From: an uncultured virus (IMG/VR IMGVR_UViG_3300033156_000724)
Lineage: Duplodnaviria; Heunggongvirae; Uroviricota; Caudoviricetes
Direction: 5' to 3' (one strand)
IMG/VR virus record: IMGVR_UViG_3300033156_000724
DNA length: 64,000 nucleotides
Shown: positions 42,241 to 53,414 of the stretch, in pieces
Numbering within the stretch: the stretch's first letter is position 1
How the letters are laid out: every line of letters begins with the position of its first letter
Position numbers and translations under genes: made by a program
The notes under the pieces: generated by a model
Told to the model about the DNA's origin: nothing
Databases searched by the model: none
The model's input: the letters and a program-made list of their open reading frames with translations, nothing else

Positions 42241-42525
42241 TGAAGATTCAATAGTTAAAGCCAGCATAAAATGGCTGAAATCACTACCCAATTGTAAAGC
42301 CAGAAAACGAAGAGGTGGTATATCAAACAGGGGCGAACCTGATACGAAATAGAGATCAAAGCTCCAGGAAACTCACCAACTAAACATCAAGAAGTTCTAT
42401 TAGAAGAATGGAAAAACACTGGCGCCATTGCCGGAGTATCGTATTGTCTCGATGACACCAAAGAAATTATACACGCTGGGCTGCGCCGCTCAGTGCCTTT
42501 CGATGCTCCGAAACCCATTTCTTAA
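42224..42525 (+). pseudogene. VRR-NUC-like nuclease with internal deletion/frameshift
   Basis: SEDSIV...RGEPD, then EIEIKAPGNSPTKHQ...W in a shifted frame. Confidence 0.6.
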
Positions 42526-42766
42526 CCTTTTCTTTGCTCCCCCAACATTTGCTTGGAGCATAGTTATACAAAAAGTGTACGTAAGCCGGAATATTTAACA
42601 TATTTTCCTTATCAGCATATCCAACAGCATTGCTTAAATCGTTCTCAAAAACCGCTGTAAGAAAGTTACCGGCCGGGACACCCTTCTCAATATAACGTAC
42701 CAAAGAAGGCCGCATTCTTTTCGGAATTTCGTAGACAACACCAGTATAAACAAATTTAAACTTCAT
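42467..42766 (-). CDS. Conserved-looking phage hypothetical protein
   Basis: GNFLTAVFENDL...APSKCWGS. Confidence 0.6.
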   Translation of the reverse strand: MKFKFVYTGVVYEIPKRMRPSLVRYIEKGVPAGNFLTAVFENDLSNAVGYADKENMLNIPAYVHFLYNYAPSKCWGSKEKVKKWVSEHRKALSGAAQRV

Positions 42767-43682
42767 CTTCTACCCCCTTTTGCCTTTTCCCCCACCACAT
42801 TGATTGGTTCACCCTGCGCTGCAACATCTTAGCAGTTGGATGAATGTAAAAGCGTTGAATTGTTGAGGGTGTATCCCCCAACAGGAACGCAATATCCATA
42901 ATACTCATACCACCCTCATAGTGCAGCCATGTCGCTACATAATGTCTGAAGGCATGAGGCCCACGACCGTCGGCGCCGCGTTTAAGTCCAAGATCAATCA
43001 GCATAATATCAACTAGCGCCTTAATCGCTCTAACAGACGGAAATAAAACTATATCCTTTACAGTAGCAGGAAATAGTTTATATCTTATTGTCATTGTTCT
43101 CATTCTGATATATTCTGATAATATATCCTTGGTCCTATCAGAAAAAAAGACCGAACGAGGTTCAGTCTTTGAGTCACTAATAAATACAGTATTTTCATCG
43201 AGGTTGATATCGTTTAATCGAATGCGACTTATTTCTTTACACCTTGCGCCGGTATCAATCAAGAGGTTCACGATTACTTGATTTCTAATCCAGTTCTGAG
43301 CTTTTGGAAACGTATAGTTCCTGCATGCTTCAATTTCTTCATCAGTAAACCATCGTTTTGCAGCCCTGATTTTTGCCGCTTTCTTATCAGCGTACTGAAT
43401 TCGATACCGATACTTACTTTCAAAATTCAAAGATGCTCTGAAAAATATCCTCAGAATGGTCAGATATAGTTGAATTGTCTTACCTGAACATCCGGTATCT
43501 TTTAAATGCTTAACATAATGTTCAACAAGATAATCTATTTCAACACCGTAAGATTCAACATGATTGCAATAATCCGCGAATCTTTGAAGGGCTTTCCGAT
43601 ATGACATCCTTGTGGCAGGTGCCAAATGTTTACGCGTTTTCAAAAAACCCTCCATTTTTTTGTGGTGCGCGTACCATTTCAC
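42756..43682 (-). CDS. Tyrosine recombinase (XerC/D-sized)
   Basis: DTGARCKE (R), DSKT (K), HAFRH, LLGD, QRFY (Y); GTG start at 43682 after AGGAGG. Confidence 0.9.
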   Translation of the reverse strand: MKWYAHHKKMEGFLKTRKHLAPATRMSYRKALQRFADYCNHVESYGVEIDYLVEHYVKHLKDTGCSGKTIQLYLTILRIFFRASLNFESKYRYRIQYADKKAAKIRAAKRWFTDEEIEACRNYTFPKAQNWIRNQVIVNLLIDTGARCKEISRIRLNDINLDENTVFISDSKTEPRSVFFSDRTKDILSEYIRMRTMTIRYKLFPATVKDIVLFPSVRAIKALVDIMLIDLGLKRGADGRGPHAFRHYVATWLHYEGGMSIMDIAFLLGDTPSTIQRFYIHPTAKMLQRRVNQSMWWGKRQKGVEDEV

Positions 43683-44353
43683 ACTGCTCCACCTCCTATT
43701 TTTACTACAGTATCGGGGTCCGGGCAAATATATCCGTCATAAACCCAAATTTCTTTTCTGGAAAAAACAAAACAATAAACTTGATCGCTCCAGTCTTGCG
43801 CAATCAGATTAATTGCTCTGTAGTCCGGCGAATAAGCATTATGTTTATTTGCTAATTCAACCAAGAGCTTATTACTTTCAGCATGGAATTTATTCCCCCT
43901 TTCCCAAATCTTATCACCCTCAGCCAAAAGCTTATTAGCCTCCATCCAAAGCTCATTTCCCCTATTCCAAAGCTTATCACTTTTCGCCCAAAGCTTGTCC
44001 CCTTCAAGCAAAAACTTGTTACTTTTAGATAGAAATCTTTTTTCGTTATTACCTTTAATTATAAGCCTGTTTCCTTCAGCTTGAAGTTTATTTATTTCAG
44101 CTAAGATTTCGTTTCTTTCAATCCAGAGATTACTACCTTTGTCCCAAAACTTACTTGCTTCATCCCAGCATTCGTTCTCCCTATCCAAAAACTTATTTGC
44201 TTTATCCCACAACTTAAAACTATAGGACGATTCGTCAAATATCTTTTCTGCCAAAGCAATAGCCTGTTTTTCGTTTATGGCTGCTACTCCAACATATATA
44301 CCAGATGCTTCTTTCATAATTTTGTCTCCCCGCGCCGTTGTTTGATTAAACAT
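43679..44353 (-). CDS. Heptad-repeat Trp-rich protein
   Basis: Repeating KLWxxGN / KFWDKGS 7-aa units. Confidence 0.6.
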   Translation of the reverse strand: MFNQTTARGDKIMKEASGIYVGVAAINEKQAIALAEKIFDESSYSFKLWDKANKFLDRENECWDEASKFWDKGSNLWIERNEILAEINKLQAEGNRLIIKGNNEKRFLSKSNKFLLEGDKLWAKSDKLWNRGNELWMEANKLLAEGDKIWERGNKFHAESNKLLVELANKHNAYSPDYRAINLIAQDWSDQVYCFVFSRKEIWVYDGYICPDPDTVVKIGGGAV

Positions 44354-44466
44354 TCTCTATGCCCAAACAAGCTGTGACACTTTCCCCACACACCTCACAC
44401 GGGGCGTGTCTTGCAGAACCTGCCCCCGTTGAAAATAGCTCATATCGGTACATAACTATTCTCTCC

Positions 44467-47400
44467 TTAATCCCGAATTTTAATCCGTAGTTTTTGCACG
44501 GCCCGCGGCTGCATTCCCTTAAACACACACCCGGGGTCGATGCCCAAAGCTTGTGTAAAATTAGCCAGCTTCAAAGCACACATCGGGCATACTTTCACAT
44601 CGGGAGTATATTCCTGGGTGTTCGGATCAATCCGCGAGCTACAGAAATAACAGCCCCCGGCAGCTTCTTCATAGATATTATCTATTTGATCAAATATAAT
44701 CAAATCCTCATCATCGTCATCTAAACTTATTAGACCCAACCCAATTCTTACCTCCAACATTACACAGGTCAGTGCATACATAATAATCCGCGCGGCAACA
44801 TCATCAGGAATGCTGTTGATAGCCCTAATACCATCACTGCTCCAATCTGCTTTTCTGGCCTTTAAAATAGATGTTAAATCAATTACTGACACAATCCCCT
44901 CTCTTCCATTGTCTTCTTTCCAATATTCCCATTATCTCAAGAAAACCATCCGGCCCCAGTATTTTAAATATCTCCATAGCAGTTGACAAATCAACGCCGT
45001 ATTCTTCAGCCACAGACGTAACATAATTAATTATTTGTTTTTTTGTCATCATATTATTCTCCTATAATTGAATCCTCCAGCCAGTCAATCATAACCGGCT
45101 GAACATCTGCTGGAGCACAGTCTATTGTGCGCCAGACTTCTTCCTCTATAGCTTCATCGCTGACACATTCATTTCGTGCCGCAAGTCCCTCGAAAAATTC
45201 GGGCTCGAACTCCCTAAGAAATTCGGCCAGACGCCCGGCCCTTTTTTCTATCACTTCATCTATTAGTTGGTTAATCATAAGTGCCCCCTCCCTGCATGGG
45301 CCGGATGTTATTAGTTGATCATTTAAAACAATCGGCTGTTTGAATTTTATGTTGTGCCATAACAGCGGCGGTATTTGCGCTGATAATAACGCCAACAGGG
45401 CTATTAATCTCATACAAAATTGATGTCGTCGGGAACTGAAGAACCCCCAAACCAGTGCTTAAAGCTTTTTCTGTTTTCAGCTCACCCCGTGCCCCCATAA
45501 TGCCAGCTCGTACACCTGCCATATAAGCATCTGCAATTGCAGATTCTATATCACCTTTTTTGTAACTTCTAAGATTAAAAACTGTTTTTGGATTCATGCT
45601 CCCACCTTCCCCGGCTGTGCCAGATTATTTCAGAATTTCAACAAGGTCGTCCAATTCATCTATGTTGAGATCCTTTCCCAGCCAGTGTTCAATATCTACC
45701 ACCAACTCGGAAAAATCTTCCATTTCATGGAGTTTGGGGAGATATGAACTTCCCCCATCGGCGGTTATCCGGCCTGAATGATTTTCAAGCCCAAAGTAAG
45801 ATTCTGTGTGTCTCATGATTTTTTTTCCTCCCCCAGTCTATGCCGATGTTAATATTTCCGCAGATATGCTGCCCACCAACGGCGGCATATTCGTTCAAAA
45901 TCTTCCTGATCATCACACGTAGTCCCTATTGTAGACCCCAATAGGGAGCCAGAATCACAAATTTGCTGGCCTAATGTACCTGGTTTCCCATTGAGATCAA
46001 CATAGACATAATATGGCCCGGGCCGTGAAAATGTAACAGGACCGCATTTTTTACTGTTTATCGTGAATTCCATAATCTTGTTCCTTTCCCAGCCTGCGCC
46101 GGTTTGTTAAATATTAAGTGCTTTATTCAGCATTCCATCTCTATATCCATTTGCCATTTTGACGGTACCCCAACCGTAAAAGTGGGATCTTGGGTCTGCT
46201 TTATATCCCTCTTTTCGAGCTGGTTCTACCATGTTAAGTGCTTCTTGATGAGTTTTAAATGGCCCTGCTACAATATTAAAATGATCACCATCGATTATTG
46301 ACACGTAAAAACATTCCGTGTCTGTCCAGTTACCTCTTTGCATTATTATATCCCCTATGTTTTGTTGTTATTAATAAATAACAATTTGTTTCACTGTCAT
46401 CATATCTTGTGCCCAAACAATGGCACGAGGTGCGTTAAAAATAATCCAATTATTCGGAATATCTACTGGTCTCTGCCCAATGATATAAATTTTTTTTGTT
46501 TTCATATTAATACCTTTTTCTTTTACAACCAGTCACCATATTTTTCGATGATATGCATCGGATTTTTACATATCTCCCATTCAGCATCCGGCTCTAATTC
46601 AGATGTTGTTTCAAATTTAACAAAATCATTGCCGCTATCATGCCGTAACATAATTATATCATGATAGTTACCGCCGTTATTGTGCCGTATCATGGAACCA
46701 CAATCGCATGGTTCACAGATGCATAATTTGCCAGTTCCCCGGTAGTTTTTTTGCGCTTTTGCGACTTTGTTTTTTCTTACACTCGGTAGCAAATGCATTG
46801 CACCCTCCTTTTTGTTGTTTATAGTTTTGTGCTTACAATCATAGCAGTTATAGAATCATCACATACCTGGTATGCTATGCTCGGAAGCCGGTCTAAAACG
46901 TAACCAGTTTTAATTTTCTTCTGCAATGTTTCAATAATATTATTGATGGACTGTTCTTTGGGATTATACCCGGTTAGAATTGCATTTGACACGTCTCTTT
47001 TTTGTGTTCGTGGGTTCATGTAACTAATTTTTACTGCAATAGCTTGCATGTTGTTACCTCCTTAGTTATTATTTCGTCTCTCAATTTCAGCCAACAAATC
47101 ATCAGTCGAAAATTTAGCCAACGGATTGCTGCCGGCACCAACGGGGACATAATCCGGGACGTTAATGCGTTTTCCCTTATTTTCTGCGATTTGTGCAGCG
47201 AGTTTGTATCTATCTGTGCGCAATGCACGCGGGTCATTGTTATTTTCCCATTGTTCAACCAACCAACACGCCAGACAGTCCATGCCTGCGGCACGTGCAA
47301 CCTGCGCATCTCTGCTGGAACTTTTGCCGTAGAGTTGCATTTCGCCAACGTGTCCACAACCCCATTCTGTTTTTGTCCATGCCATTTTGTTACCTCCTGC

Positions 47401-50400
47401 TTACTTTATATTTTTCTTCCTTAAATTTTCCCCAATGTCTGCCCCTCTCAGGTGCGCTTCTCTCAAGTTTTCCTTATCCCTATTTGAGTCAGTAAACTCT
47501 TTGACTGTTTTTAATCCCCCATAAAAATACTGCTCACCATTGTTATAAAACGAATCATAAACTGCCTCACCATTATTATTATGAAAGGCGACCGTACCTA
47601 CCAGAAAACCGTAGTCTCTCATAATTCGAGGCGGCACAACTTCAAGGAAATAAAAATATATTTCATCGTTGATCTCATCTTCTGGGTTTACATACTTTCC
47701 GAAATCGCCACCTTGTTTTTTCCATCCATTAAGAGTTTTCATGTATCCTCCTTTCCCAGCTATTGATGGATCGTTGTGTTTGCCAGTTTCGATATCATTT
47801 TCGACGTTTTCCTGGCCATAATAAACTCATTTAATCCAATTTGATAAGCAACGGGATCACCTTTTTCTAATAAAAAGCTATAATCCTCAATTCCTGCCCT
47901 TCCTATCTCATCAAGATAATTATTATATAACTTCTTAATTTCCTCTTCATCCATTTTATTATCTCCTTTTCCCCGTTAAACCGAGTAATTAAAATGAAAA
48001 CTTATCTTAAATATTTTTTAATAATTACAAGTCGAGTATTGTCAGATTTTTTACATTTTTTATCCCTGCCTTTAAAAATAATATCAGCCAGCTCTAAAAT
48101 ACCATCCACAGTACCACCGGGAGAATCAATGTCTAATACAATACTAGTTATATAATCATGTATAATAATAACATCCTTCTTCTTCATAATATACTTCCTA
48201 ATCTTTTATAGTGTCAGGTTTACACAAGATTGACTCACATTCAGCATCAAACCTAATTGATGGCTTGTTTTATTATACTTAATCTGCTGTTGGACGTGCA
48301 AACTCGTGATAATCGGCTCGGTTCCCAACCATGATTTTATACCAGCCGATTCCTTTTTGTGTCGGGTGCTGACGTTTCATGTGTCGCAATGTTGGATTAT
48401 AAGCATAAATCTTTTTTCCGTTAAACCGGATCTCCCGGCTATATATATAATGAGAGTCAACGATCTTTTGCATTCCGGTACGTATTTCAACGTTTTTTTT
48501 CGGTACTGATTTTACCGGAATCATGGCAACATCGCCATTGCGCAATATCGTACCAAGCTGTTCCGGTTTTATACCCCATATCCACGCCCTGGCTGCTTGA
48601 ACAACATAATCAATTGAATCATCTTTTTTTATAGCAGCGTGAACCATATGAGCACTGATCGGGTGTGCAAAGGGGTTGCCATTTTCGTTATATCCGATCA
48701 TAAAATAATTTTTTCGGATATTTGCATATCCGTTGGCATACCGTTTTTCATATTGCCGAACCTGGACAACGTACAATTTTTCCCGATGATCAATACCGTA
48801 AACATCAACATTGATGGATGAGCCCCGGCCTTTTCTATCGAATTCGGCGCCAGATTCCCAACCGCCATGTTCGTCAAATCCCTGGGATTCAATCGCTAAA
48901 ATACAGTTTCGAGCGGCCTCATAATGATCCTGAGATTCTTTATCAACAGGTGGGATGATTTGACCATAAAAACCACGTTCATATTGTTTCATAATTTTTT
49001 TCCTTCCCCGGCCTGGACCGGAACCTATGATTAATAAATGTTACCGATAATTGTATTAAATACTAAATGGCTTTCATCCAATAGATACGGCGGAACCTCT
49101 CTATTTGCAGCGATCCAACGATTAATTTCATTTTGTATTCTGTTATAGCGTTGACAATCCAATTTTGTTAATATTTTGCCGTTATATGCTCTATATCCTG
49201 GCGTTAATGTTTTTCGTGGTTTCATGTTATTATCTCCTAAAAGGAAGGCTTCAAGGTTTCTGTAAGCGGAACGCCTTTACCTTTTCTTGCGTTCTCAAAG
49301 GCTTCCTCGATCGTTTTCCCCCAATAAATGCTGTCCTCTGCACCTTCGCCAGGAGTAAACCAGCCCCGTGTTGTTGTTTTACCCTTTGCTTCTCCTCTTA
49401 ATATAGTCCGATTACCCTGAAGCGGCTTAATGCCAACTTCTTCTAATCGTTTGCGAGCCCACCTTTCAGGGTTTATCAAATCAAGTTCCGCAAAAACGGG
49501 TTGATCAAACAGTGGAGCTGCTGGCTTAGACATAGTAAACATGATTTCCCCTTTCCCGGATTGTGCCAGTGTTATTTTTGTGTAGTTTTTTGTTTGCGTG
49601 TCAATGTGAAAACTTCCCCCCAGTCCCTGACACTCCATCCAGACAGGTTGGCATATCGGCGAAAATTTTTTTCTGTTGTGAAAATTTCATTTTTATGCAC
49701 ATCCCAGCCGTGCTGTTGTGCATTTTGTTTCATGTTACCCAAATTTCCGAATGTTTCATTGTAAATCCGTTGAAATTCATTTTGTTTCATGATTTCCCCC
49801 ATGTTTTAGGATTTCCATTTTCCCGAGTAATTAAAATGAAAACTCATTTTGAATCTTCTTGAACAATTCCAAGTCAAATGTTGCTGGTGGCTTTTCCCCA
49901 TTTTCTACATTTGTCCAGTCCAGTTTATCAAGTTGTTTGACGGCACGATATAACTGCTCGATTGTTGCCGTTAGAATAATAGCAACCCCAGTAGGGATAT
50001 GAGTTAAGGTTTTATATTTTTTATATTTCTCTTTATTAGTTATAAAATCATGTATGGCAAAAATGCCTTTACATTTTGCATCAACAACCTTCTCCCCATC
50101 ATGTGTTTGGATAGTGATTTTAGTATTTACCCATTTCATGATTTCCCCTTTCCCGGCTTGGACCGGAATTAATTGGCCGGCCCCGCCAAAGCGGGGCAGT
50201 TGTTTAGATCTCCAATTTCGCAATGTAATTAGCAACAATATCCGAGTCACAGTCGCGTTCATTGGTGATTAACCATTTAGCCGCAAATTCATCGCTGACC
50301 AATTCCCATGTCTCAGTAGTACCAGGGTACTGACTCCATGAATTCAACACCCATTTACCGAAATGGGTCCTATAGAGTCCCTCATGATCAGTTTTTCGAT

Positions 50401-50479
50401 CCCAGCCTTCATCGAAAAACTCAGCTTTATCTTTATCAAACCATCTTCCGCTATCATCCGTTAGCGCGATTCTTTTCAT
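44467..50479 (-). CDS. Cluster of ~20 small early hypothetical genes
   Basis: Co-oriented short ORFs with strong RBSs; several preceded by a shared hairpin+RBS motif. Confidence 0.6.
45276..50172 (-). repeat. Dispersed intergenic motif YYGGYNYRNNCNGG-G(A/G)-rich RBS-ATG, at least 7 copies
   Basis: Copies near 45280, 45600, 45820, 46080, 49000, 49545 and 50140; partial copy near 47745. Confidence 0.7.
48002..48187 (-). pseudogene. Fragment of an S49/SppA-like protease
   Basis: SIVLDIDSPGGTVDG motif only; the downstream catalytic Ser region is absent. Confidence 0.55.
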
Positions 50480-50491
50480 ACTTCCCCCTTT

Positions 50492-51718
50492 CTAACATCT
50501 CACACCCATAACTATGGACCGAAAATCTCCATCACTGAAGAATACAGGCTTTTCCTGATTAGTGATTCCGATCTTGACTGTTTTTCCCACATGGTTGAGC
50601 GTCTTTTTAATACAAGCGGCGTCCATAAAAATTTGCACCTCTGGGCTCACAGACCCCTCTTTAAACGGAAGCCTGCATTTCTGGTATTCGCCCTTGTCAT
50701 AATCAGCGGCTTTTATACTTAGGTGCCCGTTAAATACAAACTCCGCAAGCTCACTGATCAGCAATACCTGGTCTACAGACGCTTTTAAAACTTCGCCATC
50801 CACGATAATTTCATTTTCGCTCTTGGCTTCCAGGATGCCGATATATGACGGAAAATCTACATCGACATTACGGAATATAACGCTTAGGTTGTCGCGGGAA
50901 AACATAACATGTGCGTTGTTGTGTGCAACGCTTATTGTATAATCGTCTGCTCCCGCCATCTTCCCCAAAACCCGCAAACCGCGGGCTTTTAATGTCAGAT
51001 TATCCTGACACTTAAACTTCAACGCTTGCACATGTAGACCTGCCCCATCAGTGGCAACCATCTGCTGCTCTTTCGAATCAAACAAAACCACCTGATAATG
51101 AGGTCTGCACTCTCCCAAATTACACCTATCGGCTACACTCGCCAATGACTTCGCCGATACGTGCCCCACGTTATCCCATCCGTGAATTTCCGGTATAATT
51201 GGAAATTCCTCCGGATTTTCCAGTGGAATTTTCCTGAAATGTTCTCCAACTGACAACATATCCATCTCTGGCTGGAGTTCTATTGTCTCACCTTTTTCTG
51301 AAGAAACGATTTTTAGAAGCAATCCCGGATTAATCAGAAAACTTTCTTCTGTCTTTATTTTGGATAAACGGTTCTCTTCTGTTTGAGCGGATGCTGCAGA
51401 AGCCTCAAAAATTGCTCTGACCATATCTTTTTTCTTTTTTCCAGCCAAAACCCCTGCATATTCACATAAATTCCTCAGCTGGGGAACTGTCAGCTCGGCG
51501 AGATCTTCTTCAATGGGATGAATCACAGTATTATTGATATCCCGCTGATAATCTCCCAGACAAATGGAAACCTCGGCGAAAGTGCTCAAATCCGTGGCCT
51601 GAATTTTTTGGCCCGGGCCATCAATATATACGTTTTTAGTAATTGGAAACGAACTTCCATCTGTAAAACCCTTGATTGTTTTTAGAGCTTTAATTAACTC
51701 AAGTCTATCTGCTTTCAT
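50492..51718 (-). CDS. DNA polymerase III beta-clamp-like protein with an inserted HeH/SAP-like domain
   Basis: IQATDL, PEEFP, MVATDG..L, VDFPSY, terminal IVMGVR; insert LAELTVPQLRNLCE...KKKDMVRAI; start taken at MKADR after AGGAGG. Confidence 0.7.
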   Translation of the reverse strand: MKADRLELIKALKTIKGFTDGSSFPITKNVYIDGPGQKIQATDLSTFAEVSICLGDYQRDINNTVIHPIEEDLAELTVPQLRNLCEYAGVLAGKKKKDMVRAIFEASAASAQTEENRLSKIKTEESFLINPGLLLKIVSSEKGETIELQPEMDMLSVGEHFRKIPLENPEEFPIIPEIHGWDNVGHVSAKSLASVADRCNLGECRPHYQVVLFDSKEQQMVATDGAGLHVQALKFKCQDNLTLKARGLRVLGKMAGADDYTISVAHNNAHVMFSRDNLSVIFRNVDVDFPSYIGILEAKSENEIIVDGEVLKASVDQVLLISELAEFVFNGHLSIKAADYDKGEYQKCRLPFKEGSVSPEVQIFMDAACIKKTLNHVGKTVKIGITNQEKPVFFSDGDFRSIVMGVRC

Positions 51719-51722
51719 ATAT

Positions 51723-52181
51723 TTACCTCCTTGTTTGTATACCGGCGAGACTGCCGGCGTCACTATTTGCACCTACAATTACATGATCATGCATAGATGC
51801 CCCTATCACATCTGTTGCTATTGATATTAGTTTCGTTATCATCACATCTTCCTTGGAAGGCGCTGGGTCACCAGATGGATGGTTATGGCTACACACAATC
51901 CCTGTGGCTTGCGTTGCTATAATTTTCTTAACGATTTCTCGTGGATATACGGCAGCGTTGCCAATAGTACCTGTGAACATCTTAGTGATATCCAAAATCT
52001 TGGTTTTAGTATCCATAAATATAACCCAAAATTGCTCCACATCCGGCTCGGCTGCCATCAGTGGCTTCATCGTATTAAAAACTTCTTTCGATGTTCTTAT
52101 GGTTTCGCCGCGGGTATTTTCTTTCACCATGTTAGCGAACTTACCCGTGACTAAGTCACGGTAAAACCGTTTTTTGTTCAT
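51723..52181 (-). CDS. radC: RadC/JAB (MPN) domain protein
   Basis: EQFWVIFMD, GTIGNAAVYPREI, HNHPSGDPAPSKED, DHVIVG. Confidence 0.88.
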   Translation of the reverse strand: MNKKRFYRDLVTGKFANMVKENTRGETIRTSKEVFNTMKPLMAAEPDVEQFWVIFMDTKTKILDITKMFTGTIGNAAVYPREIVKKIIATQATGIVCSHNHPSGDPAPSKEDVMITKLISIATDVIGASMHDHVIVGANSDAGSLAGIQTRR

Positions 52182-52243
52182 TATTTTCCTCCAGTAAGTG
52201 CAGCCAGCCTATGGCTGGGCTGGCTGCTGTGAAGACACAGGGG

Positions 52244-52426
52244 CTATTTTTTATAAATATTCAAACCCATAATAGCGTCGGTGCCTTCTATGGGCTTGTT
52301 CCCCTTTGTGCTGGCTATAATTGTTGTTTTGCCAGACTTGGACTTCCCGAAATCTTTTGCAAGATCAACTTCGATGATTAATTTTGTACCTTTTACTGTT
52401 GATTTCACATTCATCATGGTTTTCAC
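52244..52426 (-). CDS. Small basic hypothetical protein
   Basis: AGGAGG RBS; SKSGKTTIIAST.GN. Confidence 0.65.
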   Translation of the reverse strand: MKTMMNVKSTVKGTKLIIEVDLAKDFGKSKSGKTTIIASTKGNKPIEGTDAIMGLNIYKK

Positions 52427-52584
52427 CTCCTTTTTTTCTTGACATTGATTATTCCGTGATATATTCTCTCATTATGAAACTTCAAACATTCCAAGACGAA
52501 ATTCACAAGGAGTCAAACAACACCCCGCAAAGTAGTAAAAAACGCCAAAATGTTGACGTTTAGTCAATCCTTCTAACTTACCGA

Positions 52585-52905
52585 AATAACTCAATGAGTA
52601 AGATGAGTAAGAGTGAGTAAGAACTTTTTGAAAGTTCTTACTCATGCATAACCTCTTGATATTATTAGAAAAAACACCCACTTTTTTTCAAACCTAAAAA
52701 AGAAGTTACTCACACTTAACCTTCAGATATCCTTGGGAAAAATCGCAAAAAATCGCAAATGAGTAACTTAATAGAGGAATTTTTGTCGAAATTTTGCTAG
52801 AGTAAGATACTCTCTTACTCATGAATGATTTCAATAGGTTACGTGATGAAGTGTCTTACTCTTATATACTCATCTTACTCATTGAATAATTTCAGTGAGT
52901 TATAA
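52585..52905. repeat. Cluster of direct and inverted GAGTAA(G) motifs with a ~35-bp inverted repeat
   Basis: tcaatgagtaagatgagta (~52591) versus tactcatcttactcattga (~52867); many further ttactc/gagtaa copies. Confidence 0.7.
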
Positions 52906-53343
52906 GTTTTTTGGTCGGTTTTAGTGAGCGTACGCTCACTATAGAAAAAAAACGTAAAAAAAATTTCCGAAAGGGGTCAGATCTACGCTTAGTGTGAACT
53001 TTGACTAGTTTCGGCGGTTTTTTTTCACATAAAGGATAGTCATCGGCGTTTTGATTTGCGTCTCGGTCGTTTTTTAGAACTCAAAAATTACATCTTCCCT
53101 ATATATAGGAAAATTCTGTGAAATGTAATAATTTCAGGGGGTTAGATAAATTGTTTAGGTGACACTTCTCGAAAATAGCAGTAATTACAACAGGTTGTGT
53201 TTTAATTTATAGATTTTTTCGAGCATTCCGTTGCTTGAAAGAATAAATTTATCCAGTTTGGTTAATTGATTTGGTTTTTTATTGAGCAAACTGAAATATT
53301 GGTTCTCGATGTAGTCCATAATAATCCTCCTAATGGTGATCAA

Positions 53344-53403
53344 ACCGGGCGGGGAAACAATTCCCCCGTCCGGTGATAGAGCCGAGTGAGCAACAACTCG
53401 GCG
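53344..53403 (-). terminator. Tandem GC-rich hairpins downstream of the parB-like gene
   Basis: accgggcgggga...tcccccgtccggt and gccgagt...actcggc. Confidence 0.5.
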
Positions 53404-53414
53404 GAGGGCCGATG

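Noticed and set aside
42756..43727. Calling the recombinase an integron integrase (intI)
   Set aside because: There is no room for the IntI-specific insertion, it is not adjacent to the array, and no attI was recognised.
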